Assembly (NCBI GenBank): GCA_963840035.1
Contig: CAWIXE010000002.1
Span: forward strand, 96,001 to 160,000
DNA from: a candidate division FCPU426 bacterium
Lineage (GTDB): Bacteria; Oederibacteriota; PGYV01; Palsa-1178
Length of the DNA stretch: 64,000 nucleotides
Reading direction: 5' to 3'
The notes under the pieces were generated by a model. The model saw nothing but the letters and a program-made list of their open reading frames with translations, had not been told where the DNA came from and searched no databases. Made by a program: the position numbers and the translations under genes. The stretch's first letter is position 1. The number at the start of each line of letters is the position of its first letter. This document shows, piece by piece, positions 1 through 10,453 of the stretch.

Positions 1-250
1 CGGGTCTGCTGTATTATGGATGGACAAGATAGCGGCTTTTTTAAGGACAGACCTACTGCCGGTGCTGCCTAAAAGCGCGCCATATTTCGCGCCTGAAACA
101 ACTGAAGAGTTATGGGAAAGGCTGAAGGAAAAAAAATCCGTCTATCTCGATATAAATCAAATGAATAAATACTGGGAGAACAACCCGTCCCTGAACGCGT
201 TTTTTGAAAAATACAAGGGTGTGAAGGAAGAACTGGTAAGAATAAAGTAG
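1..250 (+). CDS. 3' end of a hypothetical protein (frame open to the window edge)
   Basis: ORF 20..250 has no in-frame stop between position 2 and the ATG at 20, so it is probably truncated by the window. No recognisable motif. Confidence 0.5.
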   Translation, partial: GSAVLWMDKIAAFLRTDLLPVLPKSAPYFAPETTEELWERLKEKKSVYLDINQMNKYWENNPSLNAFFEKYKGVKEELVRIK

Positions 251-319
251 GTACAGCGCTCCCGCGTGGTTCGAATTTATTAAAGCTATGAAATATAATC
301 GTAAGGGAGGTAAGGGGAA

Positions 320-1645
320 ATGAGTAAAAAATCCGGTATCAGCTGGCTTGCTGCGGAACTTCCTGAGTTAGTCAAAAAAGGGATAATCAACGAAAACGCA
401 TCGTCAAAACTGCGTGAGTATTACGGCATGGCCGGCATCAAGCCGCGGATGACATTATTCGAACTATTTTCTGTTATAGGCGGCGGGCTTGTCGCAATCG
501 GAATCATCCTTGTCTTCGCCTACAACTGGGCAAGTTTTCCTAAGTTTGTAAGGCTTGTACTGGCGCTTCTTCCTTTGATTGCGGCGCAGGCGCTGGCCGT
601 GTATACCGTAAACCTTAAAAAATCATCTGTATCCATGCGCGAGGGGGTTGCGGTATTCTGGGCCATATCAGTCGGCGCGTCAATCGCTTTAATCAGCCAG
701 GTTTACCATATCATGGGAAAGCTTTCTGATTATTCGCTTGTCTGGATGCTGATGATAATACCGGTCATGTACATACTCGAATCAGCTTCGGCGTATGTGG
801 TATATCTTGCCCTCACTGTCATGTGGACATCCTCGGCGCAAATTGACGGCGGAAACTCGCTTCTTTACTGGCCGCTGCTGGCTCCGGCGCTGCCTTTTTT
901 GGCGCAGAAATTAAAGGAGGACAGGTACTCCAATAAGGCCATGGCCATGTCGTTCCTCCTGGCTGTATCATTAACCGCCGGCCTGGGTGTTTCGCTTGAA
1001 AAATGCATTCCGGGGTTGTGGATGATAATTTATACATCGTTTTTTGTATGCCTTTACCTCATGGGAGGCATGATGCATGATAAGGACGACAGCCTTGTCC
1101 ATAAACCGCTTTATGTTTTCGGCGTCATCGGCCTTTCATTTATCATTTATATGCTTACATTTGACTGGCCGTGGGAACATATTGGCTGGTCAAATTACAG
1201 GTACATGGGCAAGTACCAGCCGCAGGCGGCTTTTGTGGATTACATATTCACGCTGGCCCTGCCGCTTGGCGCCATGTTCCTCCTAAACCGCGCGGATAAA
1301 AAAGGCGTTAATTCGCTCCTGTCATTTGGCATCGCGCCCGGCGTTGTGGCGCTGTGCTTTGTGGCCGTTTCCGCGAATGAAATAAGGTATCTGCCATATG
1401 TGATTTTTGCCATGAACGCGTATTTCTTTTACCTCGGGGTATCAACCATGATCAGGGGGATTAAAGAAAACCGGATGTCAATCATGAACGGCGGAATGCT
1501 GATGTTTGTGGTGCTGGTGGTGACATGGTTTTTAAAGATGGAAATGAGTTTCTTAAGCCGCGGTATCATGTTCATCATAATTGGCGCGGCGTTTTTAGGC
1601 GCTAACAGATACATGTCGCTTAAGATAAAGGCGGTGTCAAAATGA
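320..1645 (+). CDS. DUF2157-type polytopic membrane protein
   Basis: 441 aa with many hydrophobic segments. N-terminal 'WLxxELPELVxxGII...YY' and 'GGGLVAIGIILVFAYNW...ISQVYHI' fit DUF2157. GGGG/GGAGG RBS upstream. Confidence 0.8.
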   Translation: MSKKSGISWLAAELPELVKKGIINENASSKLREYYGMAGIKPRMTLFELFSVIGGGLVAIGIILVFAYNWASFPKFVRLVLALLPLIAAQALAVYTVNLKKSSVSMREGVAVFWAISVGASIALISQVYHIMGKLSDYSLVWMLMIIPVMYILESASAYVVYLALTVMWTSSAQIDGGNSLLYWPLLAPALPFLAQKLKEDRYSNKAMAMSFLLAVSLTAGLGVSLEKCIPGLWMIIYTSFFVCLYLMGGMMHDKDDSLVHKPLYVFGVIGLSFIIYMLTFDWPWEHIGWSNYRYMGKYQPQAAFVDYIFTLALPLGAMFLLNRADKKGVNSLLSFGIAPGVVALCFVAVSANEIRYLPYVIFAMNAYFFYLGVSTMIRGIKENRMSIMNGGMLMFVVLVVTWFLKMEMSFLSRGIMFIIIGAAFLGANRYMSLKIKAVSK

Positions 1646-2211
1646 AGAATAATACCCTCATAAAATGGCTCCTTGGCCTGACTATCATAGCGCAGCTTGC
1701 TGTATGCGGATTTCAGATAGCCTCGCAGGAGCGCATCATGTTCGCGGGCACGGATTACAAGTTCAGGACAAGGCCGGTGGACCCGTATGACGCATTCAGG
1801 GGAAAATACGTCGCGCTTGGCTTTGAGCAGGACCGCTTCTCAGACAAGGAAAAATTCGCGCCCGGGGAGACAGTGTACGCGCATGTTGTAAAAGCTGATG
1901 ATGGCTACGCGGAAATAATCGGGCTTTCAAGGGTGTATCTGAAAAATGATGACTGCTTTAAAGTTACGGTGCATTATACAATAGGCGATGTCGTATACTT
2001 AAGTTTCCCGTTTGAAAAATACTTCATGGCAGAGGATGACGCGCCGATAGCCGAGAAGGCATACAGGGAAAGCACAAACAGCGGCAATTGTTACGCCCTT
2101 GTTTACATTGAAAAAGGGAGCGCCGCTTTAAAAGGCGTCTACATTCAAGGAAAGAAAATTGAAGAACTGGTGAAGGAAAGAAAACAGGCGGAAGAGAAGA
2201 AACCAAAGTAA
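1642..2211 (+). CDS. GDYXXLXY domain membrane-anchored protein
   Basis: 'PVDPYDAFRGKYVALGF' motif, N-terminal TM helix, ATGA overlap with the DUF2157 gene (usual partner). Confidence 0.8.
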   Translation: MKNNTLIKWLLGLTIIAQLAVCGFQIASQERIMFAGTDYKFRTRPVDPYDAFRGKYVALGFEQDRFSDKEKFAPGETVYAHVVKADDGYAEIIGLSRVYLKNDDCFKVTVHYTIGDVVYLSFPFEKYFMAEDDAPIAEKAYRESTNSGNCYALVYIEKGSAALKGVYIQGKKIEELVKERKQAEEKKPK

Positions 2212-2227
2212 ACTTAAGGAGGATCAA

Positions 2228-2581
2228 ATGGCGCTTACCAAGATCAATCACAAGGGTGTGGAAATAGTAATTGCCGATTTTTCAAACAAGAAATGGGAGC
2301 AGATATTTGAATATGGCGAAGCGTACTCAAAAGACTTCCTTGCGGAAGGCAAGCCGCAGAGGGTGCTTTTGGACCAGTCTAATATTGTAATGTCAGCGGA
2401 AGTAAGCCGTTATTTTAAGGCTTCGGCGTTAAAGGTCCAGCACCTCCAGGAAAAACTTGCCCTTGTCGGGGTTACGGGAATACAGAAGATAGTGGCAAAT
2501 GCCATAATGGCCCTTGTGAAGTCGAATGTGAAGATGTTTGATACAAGGGAACAGGCCATGAACTGGCTTGCGGAGAAGTAG
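2228..2581 (+). CDS. STAS/SEC14 (SpoIIAA-like) domain protein
   Basis: 117 aa with 'VLLD', 'KLALVG' and C-terminal 'FDTREQAMNWL'. AGGAGG RBS. Confidence 0.7.
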   Translation: MALTKINHKGVEIVIADFSNKKWEQIFEYGEAYSKDFLAEGKPQRVLLDQSNIVMSAEVSRYFKASALKVQHLQEKLALVGVTGIQKIVANAIMALVKSNVKMFDTREQAMNWLAEK

Positions 2582-2690
2582 GTCTAAAACCTTCGATAAT
2601 CGAGAATCGAAAATTAACCGTCTATACTCACCTTTGAGCGGAGGAGTCTTTTCGGGCGGTTAGCTTATTGATCGCGCTGATTTCAATACT

Positions 2691-2739
2691 CCGCAACCAA
2701 AATGAAAAAAGGCAGCCTTTCGGCTGCCTTTTTTCATTT

Positions 2740-2748
<9 letters not shown>
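2691..2748. terminator. Bidirectional intrinsic terminator, 27-bp perfect inverted repeat extending into the tRNA 3' end
   Basis: ccgcaaccaaaatgaaaaaaggcagcc-tttc-ggctgccttttttcattttggttgcgg, between convergent genes, with A/T runs on both sides of a GC stem. Confidence 0.85.
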
Positions 2749-2814
<66 letters not shown>

Positions 2815-2939
2815 ACTTAACTTAATCACAAATCCCATATCCCAAATCTCAAGGGAAGGGCTTAATTTATACTTAATCAGGAGACTTCACCTTTCTCCTG
2901 TCGACTCTCGACTTACTCCAAAATCCGCTCCGCGGATTT

Positions 2940-3028
2940 TGGTGCCGGGAGCCGGACTCGAACCGGCACGGAGGGTGAACTCCGGAGGATTTTAAGTCCT
3001 CTGCGTCTACCAATTTCGCCATCCCGGC
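2940..3028 (-). tRNA. tRNA-Leu(TAA)
   Basis: Reverse complement GCCGGGATGGCGAAATTGGTAGACGCAGAGGACTTAAAATCCTCC...GGTTCGAGTCCGGCTCCCGGCACCA: TAA anticodon, long variable arm. Confidence 0.95.
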
Positions 3029-3070
3029 GAGGCTTCTTATTTAAAAAAGAAGAATTCGAAAACGAGACCT

Positions 3071-3099
3071 ATTATATAGAAAACAACAGGGGGTGTCAA
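3071..3099 (-). promoter_or_regulatory. Sigma70-type promoter for the tRNA-Leu/tRNA-Met pair
   Basis: Minus strand TTGACA-17 bp-TATAAT, perfect consensus, about 40 bp before tRNA-Leu. Confidence 0.8.
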
Positions 3100-3244
3100 G
3101 AGTTATAAAGGCAATTACGAATTAATAATTACTAAGTTACTAAAGAAGGTGCCGCTTCGCGGTCTATTATAATAATGCGAGGAATGAAATGACGAGCATG
3201 TACCATGATTGGTAATTAGTAATTATTAATTTGTAATTTTCCTT

Positions 3245-5131
3245 TTAGCTGGTTGCTTGCCTGTCAGAACCGTGTTTTTTCAGCATTATAAGCAGCACGT
3301 TGACGTCTGCCGGGGTTAGGCCGTTTATTCTTGACGCCTGGCCTATGGTGTTCGGCCTTATTTGCTTTAGTTTTTGTTTGGCTTCCAGGGAGAGGCCGTG
3401 GTATTTATCGTAGTCAAAATCATCCGGGATCTGCTTGGATTCGAGTTTCTTGAAATTTTCTATGTCCCTCATCGCTTTCTTTATATATCCCTCATACTGC
3501 ACCTCGGCGTCGAGAAAATCTATGAAGTGTCCGGGGACATCCGTACGGATCGTAGTGAAGGCGCCTAACATGCCATATGTTACTTCCGGCCTTTTAAGCA
3601 GGGTATAAAGGGTTACGCCTTCGTTTATCGGCGTGGTTCCCATGGCTTCAAGGGCTTTGTTTGTCTCTGCGGTTGCGTGAATGTGGCAGGAGGCGAGCCT
3701 CTTTATTTCATTGGCGAAGAAGAGCTTTTTCTCCTGCAGCATTGAATTTCTTTCTTCAGTCACAAGACCGATTTTCCTGCCGTGCTCTGTCAGGCGGATG
3801 TCGGCGTTATCGCCTCGGAGCACCAGCCTGTATTCGGCGCGGGAGGAGAAGAGCCTGTACGGCTCTATGAGTTCGTTTGTTATGATGTCGTCAATCATAA
3901 CTCCTATGTATGACTCTGACCTGTCAGGCGTAAATCCTTCCAACCCCTTTACTTTAAGGGACGCGTTAATGCCTGCTATTATGCCCTGGGCAGCGGCTTC
4001 TTCGTAACCTGATGTGCCATTTATCTGGCCGGCAAGGAATAACCCTGAAACCGCCTTAACTTCAAGCGTGTACTTAAGCTGCGAGGGAGGGGCAAAGTCG
4101 TATTCAATGCCGTAGCCGGGTTTTAATATATCAACTTTTTCAAAACCGGGGATGGTCCTTAAGTACGCCAGCTGAACATCAAGCGGCAGGGAAGTGGAAA
4201 GGCCGTTTAAATACAGTTCATTGCTTAAGCGTTCCTCGGGTTCTATGAATACCTGATGGGTTTTCTTCTCGGGGAACTTCATTACCTTGTCCTCTATGGA
4301 CGGGCAGTAGCGCGGCCCCAGGCCGAATATCATCCTGTTGGTTTTACTGTATAAAGGGGAACGGTCAAGGTTGTCCGTGATTACTTTATGCGTGTTCTCG
4401 TTAGTATGCGCCAGCCAGCACATGGCCTGTTCTATATCAATTTTTTTTGTCATGAATGAGAAAGGGACTGGAGTAATATCCCCGGGTTGTTCCTTGAACT
4501 TTGAGTAATCAAGGGTGTTTTTATCCACCCTGGGATTGGTGCCTGTTTTTAAGCGGCCAAGGGTAAGGCCGAGCGCTTTCAGGGAATCAGAGAGCTTGTT
4601 TGAGGCAGGATCGCCGAGCCTGCCGCCTTCTTTTGATTCCAGCCCGGTAAACATAACGCCCTTTAAAAATGTGCCGGTGGTGACAATTACGGATTTCGCG
4701 CCGAAACGTTCGCCGGTTGAAATGATAACGCCATTAACCGCGCCCGCTTCCGACGTAATTGCGTCAACCATTGCCTCAATAACCGTCAGCCCGGGCTGGC
4801 TCATGACGGTTTTTATCATGTAATCGCGGTATTCTTTTTTGTCAGCCTGGGCGCGCAGTCCGCGCACGGCAGGGCCTTTTGTGGAGTTTAAGACCTTAAA
4901 CTGCAGGCAGGTGGCGTCAGCGGCTTTTGCCATTTCGCCGCCAAGGGCGTCTATCTCGCGCACCAGCTGTCCCTTTGCAAGCCCGCCGATAGCCGGATTG
5001 CAGGACATCTCGCCGATTTTGGCTTTGTTAATGGTAAATAAAGCCGTATTTAACCCCATGCGGGAAGACGCTAAAGCAGCCTCTATACCGGCATGGCCGG
5101 CTCCTATGACGATGATATCAAACTTGTCCAA
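3245..5131 (-). CDS. mnmG: tRNA uridine-5-carboxymethylaminomethyl(34) synthesis enzyme MnmG (GidA)
   Basis: Motifs '[17 protein letters not shown]', '[24 protein letters not shown]', '[11 protein letters not shown]', '[17 protein letters not shown]'. Start placed at TTG 5131 behind GGAGG. Confidence 0.97.
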   Translation of the reverse strand: MDKFDIIVIGAGHAGIEAALASSRMGLNTALFTINKAKIGEMSCNPAIGGLAKGQLVREIDALGGEMAKAADATCLQFKVLNSTKGPAVRGLRAQADKKEYRDYMIKTVMSQPGLTVIEAMVDAITSEAGAVNGVIISTGERFGAKSVIVTTGTFLKGVMFTGLESKEGGRLGDPASNKLSDSLKALGLTLGRLKTGTNPRVDKNTLDYSKFKEQPGDITPVPFSFMTKKIDIEQAMCWLAHTNENTHKVITDNLDRSPLYSKTNRMIFGLGPRYCPSIEDKVMKFPEKKTHQVFIEPEERLSNELYLNGLSTSLPLDVQLAYLRTIPGFEKVDILKPGYGIEYDFAPPSQLKYTLEVKAVSGLFLAGQINGTSGYEEAAAQGIIAGINASLKVKGLEGFTPDRSESYIGVMIDDIITNELIEPYRLFSSRAEYRLVLRGDNADIRLTEHGRKIGLVTEERNSMLQEKKLFFANEIKRLASCHIHATAETNKALEAMGTTPINEGVTLYTLLKRPEVTYGMLGAFTTIRTDVPGHFIDFLDAEVQYEGYIKKAMRDIENFKKLESKQIPDDFDYDKYHGLSLEAKQKLKQIRPNTIGQASRINGLTPADVNVLLIMLKKHGSDRQATS

Positions 5132-5152
5132 ACAAACCTCCGGGTAAAGTGA

Positions 5153-5282
5153 CGGGCGAGCCATCCGTCTACGCTGAAGCTTCAACGGACATGGCCGGCT
5201 CGCCCCTACGAAAACAAAACAAACTTATTTAGACCCTGTAGGGGCCGCCCTGTGTGGCGGCCCGCAACGTTGGCGGGCGGGC
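5153..5282. repeat. GTAG-type REP-like hairpins (GTAGGGG family)
   Basis: gggcgagcc...ggctcgcccctac and gtaggggccgccctgtgtggcggcccg. Related copies at 33649-33802 and 48649-48673. Confidence 0.7.
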
Positions 5283-5419
5283 ACACAAATCACCCCATGC
5301 AGGTAACGCTAAATATTTACATTAAACATTTAAATCCAGAAGCGTATTACTGTGTTATAATTATATATTATGAAACGTAATTGTAAATAGGCAAAAAATA
5401 CACCGTTAAAGGATGAACA

Positions 5420-6451
5420 ATGAAAAGAAGCTTAAGGGATTATACAAGGACAGAGATTAAGGAAATCGTCGCAAGGCTCGGGTTTCAGAAATTCCGCGGG
5501 GACCAGATATTTGAATGGGTTTATAAGGGCGTTAAAACCATAGATGACATGAAAAACATAGCCGCAGACCAAAAGGAAACGCTTAAGCATGAAGGCTTTC
5601 ACATAGGCACCCTTAAGGTGGCAAATAGGCTTGAATCCAAAGTGGACATGACCATCAAATACCTTTTTGAGCTGGAGGATGGCAATAAGATAGAAACTGT
5701 TTTTCTTCCGGACAGAAAGAGAAATACGCTTTGCATATCCTCACAGGTGGGCTGCGCGTGTAACTGCGGCTTCTGCGCGACAGGCGGCCTCGGATTTACA
5801 AGGGACCTGACAACGGGCGAGATACTCAGCCAGTTCATGCATGTGGTAATTGACGAAGGGCTGAAAGTGGATAATATAGTCTATATGGGCATGGGCGAGC
5901 CGCTTTTGAACTGGGAAAATGTAAAAAAGTCCATAGAGATACTCAATGACGAAAAAGGGTTCCATTTTTCAAGGTCCCGCATCACCGTATCAACCATCGG
6001 AGTGCTTCCTATAATGAAGGAAATAGCCGATTCCAAGTTAAAGTTCAGGCTTGCGGTTTCCATAGTGACCCCGGATACCGTGAAGAGGTCAAAGCTGATA
6101 CCCATGAATAAGACATATAAACTCAATGACATCATAGAGATGTGCAGGTACTATAACCGGAGAACAGAACAGCCCGTAATGATTGAATACCCGATGTTCA
6201 AGGATATCAATGATTCAGCCCTTGACGCGGAAAACCTGTATAAATTGCTCAACGGCATAAACTACAAAATAAACCTGATTCCGTACAACCCTGTCAAAGG
6301 CAGCGCCTTTGAAAAACCTGAAAAGGAAGCGGTTATGATCTTCCAGAAGTATTTCACGGATAAAGGCGCCCTGGCTTTTACAAGGAAAGAAAAAGGCGCG
6401 GACATTGCAGGCGCCTGCGGGCAGCTGGCAGGGAAGGCAATTGATAAGTAA
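5420..6451 (+). CDS. rlmN: 23S rRNA (adenine2503-C2)-methyltransferase RlmN
   Basis: 'CISSQVGCACNCGFCATG' radical SAM motif, 'NIVYMGMGEPLLN', 'INLIPYNP', 'DIAGACGQL'. Confidence 0.95.
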   Translation: MKRSLRDYTRTEIKEIVARLGFQKFRGDQIFEWVYKGVKTIDDMKNIAADQKETLKHEGFHIGTLKVANRLESKVDMTIKYLFELEDGNKIETVFLPDRKRNTLCISSQVGCACNCGFCATGGLGFTRDLTTGEILSQFMHVVIDEGLKVDNIVYMGMGEPLLNWENVKKSIEILNDEKGFHFSRSRITVSTIGVLPIMKEIADSKLKFRLAVSIVTPDTVKRSKLIPMNKTYKLNDIIEMCRYYNRRTEQPVMIEYPMFKDINDSALDAENLYKLLNGINYKINLIPYNPVKGSAFEKPEKEAVMIFQKYFTDKGALAFTRKEKGADIAGACGQLAGKAIDK

Positions 6452-6519
6452 TAATTACCAATTACTAATGACTAAGTTACTAATAAAGGGCTGTTTATAT
6501 TAGTCATTCGTGATTTTGA

Positions 6520-6548
6520 TTGACCGGCTATGTAAAATCGTCTAAAAT
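6520..6548 (+). promoter_or_regulatory. Putative sigma70 promoter of the LPS cluster
   Basis: TTGACC-17 bp-TAAAAT upstream of msbA. Confidence 0.45.
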
Positions 6549-6607
6549 ATCATAATTATTGGTAAAAACCATGGTTTTTAATTATCTTAATATCATAAGG
6601 AGATACT

Positions 6608-8377
6608 TTGGAAACGTATAAACGCCTTTTTAAATACATGAAACCCTATATGAGCAGGGTTGTTATATCCATTTTTCTTATGCTTTTAACCGCCGGCTTC
6701 ACGGCGGCTTCCGTATATGTTTTAAAACCTGTTATCGATAAGATATTCGCCAATACAAATACAGTCGAGGCAATGCAGTGGCTCAAATTGCTGCCTTTTG
6801 CCATAATAATAATTTTCATTCTTAAAGGCGTCACGGGATACGCCCAGAAGTACATGATCGACTGGGTGGGGAACAAAATAATCCTTAACATGCGCAGGGA
6901 GCTTTATTACCATGTGACTTCGCTTTCCATGGGGTTTTTCAACAACCAGAAGATGGGCGTCCTGATTTCCCGCATCACCAACGACGTCATGCTTGTGCAG
7001 GGCGCGATAGCCAATGTGCTGGGCAATATCATCGGCAGCATTTTCACCATAATCGGCATCGCCGGCATGCTTTTTTACCTTAACTGGAAGTTTGCCTTAA
7101 TAGCCATAACCGTAATACCGCTGGCGATATACCCCATATCAAAATTCGGGAAAAGGATAAAGAAGTCGGCGGTCAATGTCCAGGAAAAAATGGGGGACAT
7201 GACTTCCATACTCAATGAAAGTTTTAACGGAATAAGGATAGTAAAGGCGTTTGGCATGGAAAAGTATGAACGCTCGCGTTTTGACTCCGAGCTTCACAAG
7301 CTTTTTGACTGGACCATGAAAGGCGTGCGCGCGTACAACCTTTCTTCGCCCACAATGGAATCCATAGGCGCCATAGGCATAGCGATCCTTGTATGGACTG
7401 CCGGTTCCGCCGTTATCAGCAAGGAACTTACGACAGGCACATTTTTCGCGTTTTTAGTCGGATTAACTCAGCTCTACCCGCAGATAAAAAGAATGAACGA
7501 TATGAATAACGTCATCCAGCAGGCGCTTGCCGCCTCCGAGAGGGTATTCCAGATACTCGACACAAAGCCCGATGTGGTGGAAGCCCCGGACGCGGTGGAT
7601 GTAACGGATTTTAAGGAAGGGGTGACATTTGAACACGCCGGATTTTACTATTTGGAAGGGCAGCCTGTATTAAAGGATGTGAACTGCAGGATAAATAAAG
7701 GCGAGATATTCGCCGTGGTCGGGCCCTCGGGCGCCGGAAAATCCACAATGGCAGACCTGCTCGCGAGGTTTTACGACCTAAAGGAAGGCGTCATAACCAT
7801 AGACGGCACTGACATAAGGAATATAAAGTTTGATTCACTGCGCAGCATGATAGGCATGGTAACGCAGGAGACAATACTCTTCAACGATACGATACGCAAT
7901 AACATAGCGTACGGCAAGGAAAACCTGGACATGACACAGGTAGAGCTTGCGGCGCGCGCGGCAAACGCGGCGGAGTTTATAGATAAGTTACCCGAAGGGT
8001 ACAACACCATGATAGGCGACAGGGGAGTAAGGCTCTCCGGAGGCCAGAGGCAGAGGATGGCGATTGCCAGGGCCATACTAAAGAACCCGCCAATCCTCAT
8101 ACTTGACGAAGCCACGTCCTCGCTGGATTCGGAGTCAGAAATACTTGTGCAGGAAGCCATTAATAACCTGATGAAGAACAGGACTACTTTTGTAATAGCC
8201 CACAGGCTCTCGACTGTCAGAAACGCCAATAAAATTATAGTAATTGACGGCGGCACCATAGTGGAGCACGGCACGCATGATACGCTGATTAAGAAAAACG
8301 GCGTTTATACTAAGCTTTACAATCTTCAGTTCAGGCTGAATAAGGAAGCGGCAGCGGAGGATAAAAAGGATGAGTAA
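6608..8377 (+). CDS. msbA: Lipid A export ABC transporter MsbA
   Basis: TMD-NBD fusion with Walker A GPSGAGKS, LSGGQRQR and ILILDEATS. Heads the LPS core cluster. TTG start behind AGGAG. Confidence 0.85.
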   Translation: METYKRLFKYMKPYMSRVVISIFLMLLTAGFTAASVYVLKPVIDKIFANTNTVEAMQWLKLLPFAIIIIFILKGVTGYAQKYMIDWVGNKIILNMRRELYYHVTSLSMGFFNNQKMGVLISRITNDVMLVQGAIANVLGNIIGSIFTIIGIAGMLFYLNWKFALIAITVIPLAIYPISKFGKRIKKSAVNVQEKMGDMTSILNESFNGIRIVKAFGMEKYERSRFDSELHKLFDWTMKGVRAYNLSSPTMESIGAIGIAILVWTAGSAVISKELTTGTFFAFLVGLTQLYPQIKRMNDMNNVIQQALAASERVFQILDTKPDVVEAPDAVDVTDFKEGVTFEHAGFYYLEGQPVLKDVNCRINKGEIFAVVGPSGAGKSTMADLLARFYDLKEGVITIDGTDIRNIKFDSLRSMIGMVTQETILFNDTIRNNIAYGKENLDMTQVELAARAANAAEFIDKLPEGYNTMIGDRGVRLSGGQRQRMAIARAILKNPPILILDEATSSLDSESEILVQEAINNLMKNRTTFVIAHRLSTVRNANKIIVIDGGTIVEHGTHDTLIKKNGVYTKLYNLQFRLNKEAAAEDKKDE

Positions 8378-8434
8378 TATCTTTGTTCGTATTACTCCTG
8401 TCTCCAGTCTCCGGTCTCTTGTCTCTGGTTTATA

Positions 8435-8998
8435 ATGAACAAAGCCGCCTTTATCGACCGTGACGGAAACCTGATACATGAAGTAGGTTATATCAGTTCC
8501 TTGGACAGGATTAAATTTTATAAAAGAAGCATTAAAGCCGTTAAGTTCCTTAAGGATAATGGTTATAAAATAATTGTTGTGACAAATCAGTCAGGCGTTG
8601 CAAGGAACTACATTCCGGAAAGTTTTGTGAAAAACGCGCACGCTAAGATAAACAATATGTTAAAGAAGTTTGGCTTACAAATTGACGGCTTTTACTACTG
8701 CCCGCACCACCCTAAAAAAGCGGTATTTAAAAGGTATCTAAAGGATTGTGACTGCAGAAAACCGAAACTTGGCATGGTTAAAGCCGCGGCAAAGAAGTTT
8801 AATATAGACCTGAAAAAGAGTTTTGTGATTGGCGATAAGCTGACAGATGTGCACCTGGGTAAGAACGGAAAGATGAAAACAGCGCTTGTTCTGACCGGGT
8901 ATGGCAAAAGCGAAAAGAAGTTAATCAAGACAGCATATGATAAGCCTGATGTTATAGCAAAAGATTTCTATCAGGCAGTGCGATTGTTGGTTTCGTAG
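8435..8998 (+). CDS. gmhB: D-glycero-D-manno-heptose 1,7-bisphosphate phosphatase
   Basis: HAD 'FIDRDGNL', 'VTNQSGVAR', Zn motif 'YYCPHHP...CDCRKPK', 'IGDKLTD'. Confidence 0.92.
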   Translation: MNKAAFIDRDGNLIHEVGYISSLDRIKFYKRSIKAVKFLKDNGYKIIVVTNQSGVARNYIPESFVKNAHAKINNMLKKFGLQIDGFYYCPHHPKKAVFKRYLKDCDCRKPKLGMVKAAAKKFNIDLKKSFVIGDKLTDVHLGKNGKMKTALVLTGYGKSEKKLIKTAYDKPDVIAKDFYQAVRLLVS

Positions 8999-9430
8999 AG
9001 CCGCCGCTTGCATATGCCATGAGCTCTATAATATGCTCATGACATATACATATCGAATGGCTGCGGCTCAAGGCCGGTTTTGTTTTCGTAGTCGCAGGCC
9101 TACGCTCCACCGGCCTGCGCCTAGATTAGGAATTGAATTACGCAAACGGTAGATATTCAAGACTACCGCGTACGCACCCCGATGGAGCGTAGAGGGTGCG
9201 ACTACACAAACGATAAAGCGAAGGCTGCAACGTTTGAGCCGCAGCAAGCAGCGGCTCTACAAGAACGGTAAAGGATTCGTTTTCGTAGTCGCAGGCCTAT
9301 GCCCCACCGGCCTGCGTCTGGATGAGGAATTGAACACGCAAACGATAGAGCCAGGTCCTGCCCTGAGACGGGCACGGGTCCCGTCTCTGCGGGTTTGATT
9401 TTCTGTAGAGACGCCAACTGTGGGCGTCTC
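8995..9430. repeat. Composite REP cluster: outer GTAGAGCCGC pair (8995-9260) enclosing an inner GTAGTCGCA pair (9088-9205), plus further REPs
   Basis: gtagtcgcaggcctacgctccaccggcctgcg ... cgcaccccgatggagcgtagagggtgcgactac, then gagccgcagcaagcagcggctctac. Half element at 9285. GTAGAGAC-type hairpins at 9356-9430. Confidence 0.85.
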
Positions 9431-9469
9431 TAGGCTGGTTTTTGAATTTAAATAACCAAGGAGAAACAG

Positions 9470-10453
9470 ATGAAAAAATACCTGAAATTAATAGATGCTT
9501 TTAAAGGCAAGAAAGTACTTGTCCTTGGAGATTTTATCCTTGATGAATATGTTTACGGCGAGACAGAGCGTATTTCAAGGGAAGCGCCTGTTTTAATCCT
9601 TAAATACAACAAATCAACCTATTTGGCCGGAGGCGGGGCAAACCCTGTAATGAACATTGTTGATTTGGGCGGCGTGCCTGTGCCTGTATCAGCGGCCGGA
9701 ACAGAGGAATATTCTGACATACTCATAGATATGATGTCAAAAAAGGGCGTGGACACTTCTTTTATAACGCGTTCCGATAAATACTCCATACCGGTAAAGA
9801 CCAGGGTCATGGCGGGATCGGTCCACACTGTTAAGCAGCAGATAGTCAGGATAGACAGGTATAATGAGGGGAAACTTGAAGCTGACATTGAGAAGGACAT
9901 GATAAATAACTTAAACGAGGCGTCAAAAGGCATAGACGTTATCCTGGTCTCCGATTACGGAAGCGGCCTTATAACGGAGAAAATCATAAAGGCGGTAAAC
10001 GCCCTTGCAAAAGCCGGCAAAAAGGTTGTTGTTGATTCGCGTTACGGCCTGAAGAAGTTCAAGTACGTGGCTACTGCTACGCCGAACGAAACAGAAGCAG
10101 GCCCGGCCGTGGATTATGAGAAATATGAAGAGGAAGACGTTGAGTACATAGTAAAGCAGCTGGGAAAGATGATGAAATCCACAGGCATGATAGTAACCCG
10201 CGGCAGCCGCGGCATGATAGTCCTGGAAAAAAAGAAGGTTCACAAGGTGGCGCCTTTTGGTTCGGACGAAATAGTGGATGTTTCAGGGGCCGGCGATACC
10301 GTATCATCAATAGTGTCGTTATCGCTGGCATGCAAAAGCACCCTTGTTGACGCGGCTTACCTGGCCAATATCGGCGGAGGCCTTGTGGTCATGAAAAGAG
10401 GCGTGGCTACAGTGACGGTTGCTGAGCTTAAAGGAGCGCTTAAAAATGTCTAA
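9470..10453 (+). CDS. Heptose-7-phosphate kinase (RfaE/HldE domain I, PfkB family), copy 1
   Basis: 'VLGDFILDEY...RISREAPV', 'GGGANPVMN', 'KTRV...QQIVRID', 'SDYG', 'TPNETEA', 'DVSGAGDTV'. Confidence 0.88.
   Translation: MKKYLKLIDAFKGKKVLVLGDFILDEYVYGETERISREAPVLILKYNKSTYLAGGGANPVMNIVDLGGVPVPVSAAGTEEYSDILIDMMSKKGVDTSFITRSDKYSIPVKTRVMAGSVHTVKQQIVRIDRYNEGKLEADIEKDMINNLNEASKGIDVILVSDYGSGLITEKIIKAVNALAKAGKKVVVDSRYGLKKFKYVATATPNETEAGPAVDYEKYEEEDVEYIVKQLGKMMKSTGMIVTRGSRGMIVLEKKKVHKVAPFGSDEIVDVSGAGDTVSSIVSLSLACKSTLVDAAYLANIGGGLVVMKRGVATVTVAELKGALKNV

Noticed and set aside
2600..2690. Possible structured ncRNA downstream of the STAS gene
   Set aside because: Only an imperfect hairpin (taaccgtc...gggcggtta), single copy, no recognisable family.
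5290..5419. Replication origin next to mnmG
   Set aside because: AT-rich, but no TTATCCACA-type DnaA boxes seen. Best explained as divergent promoters.
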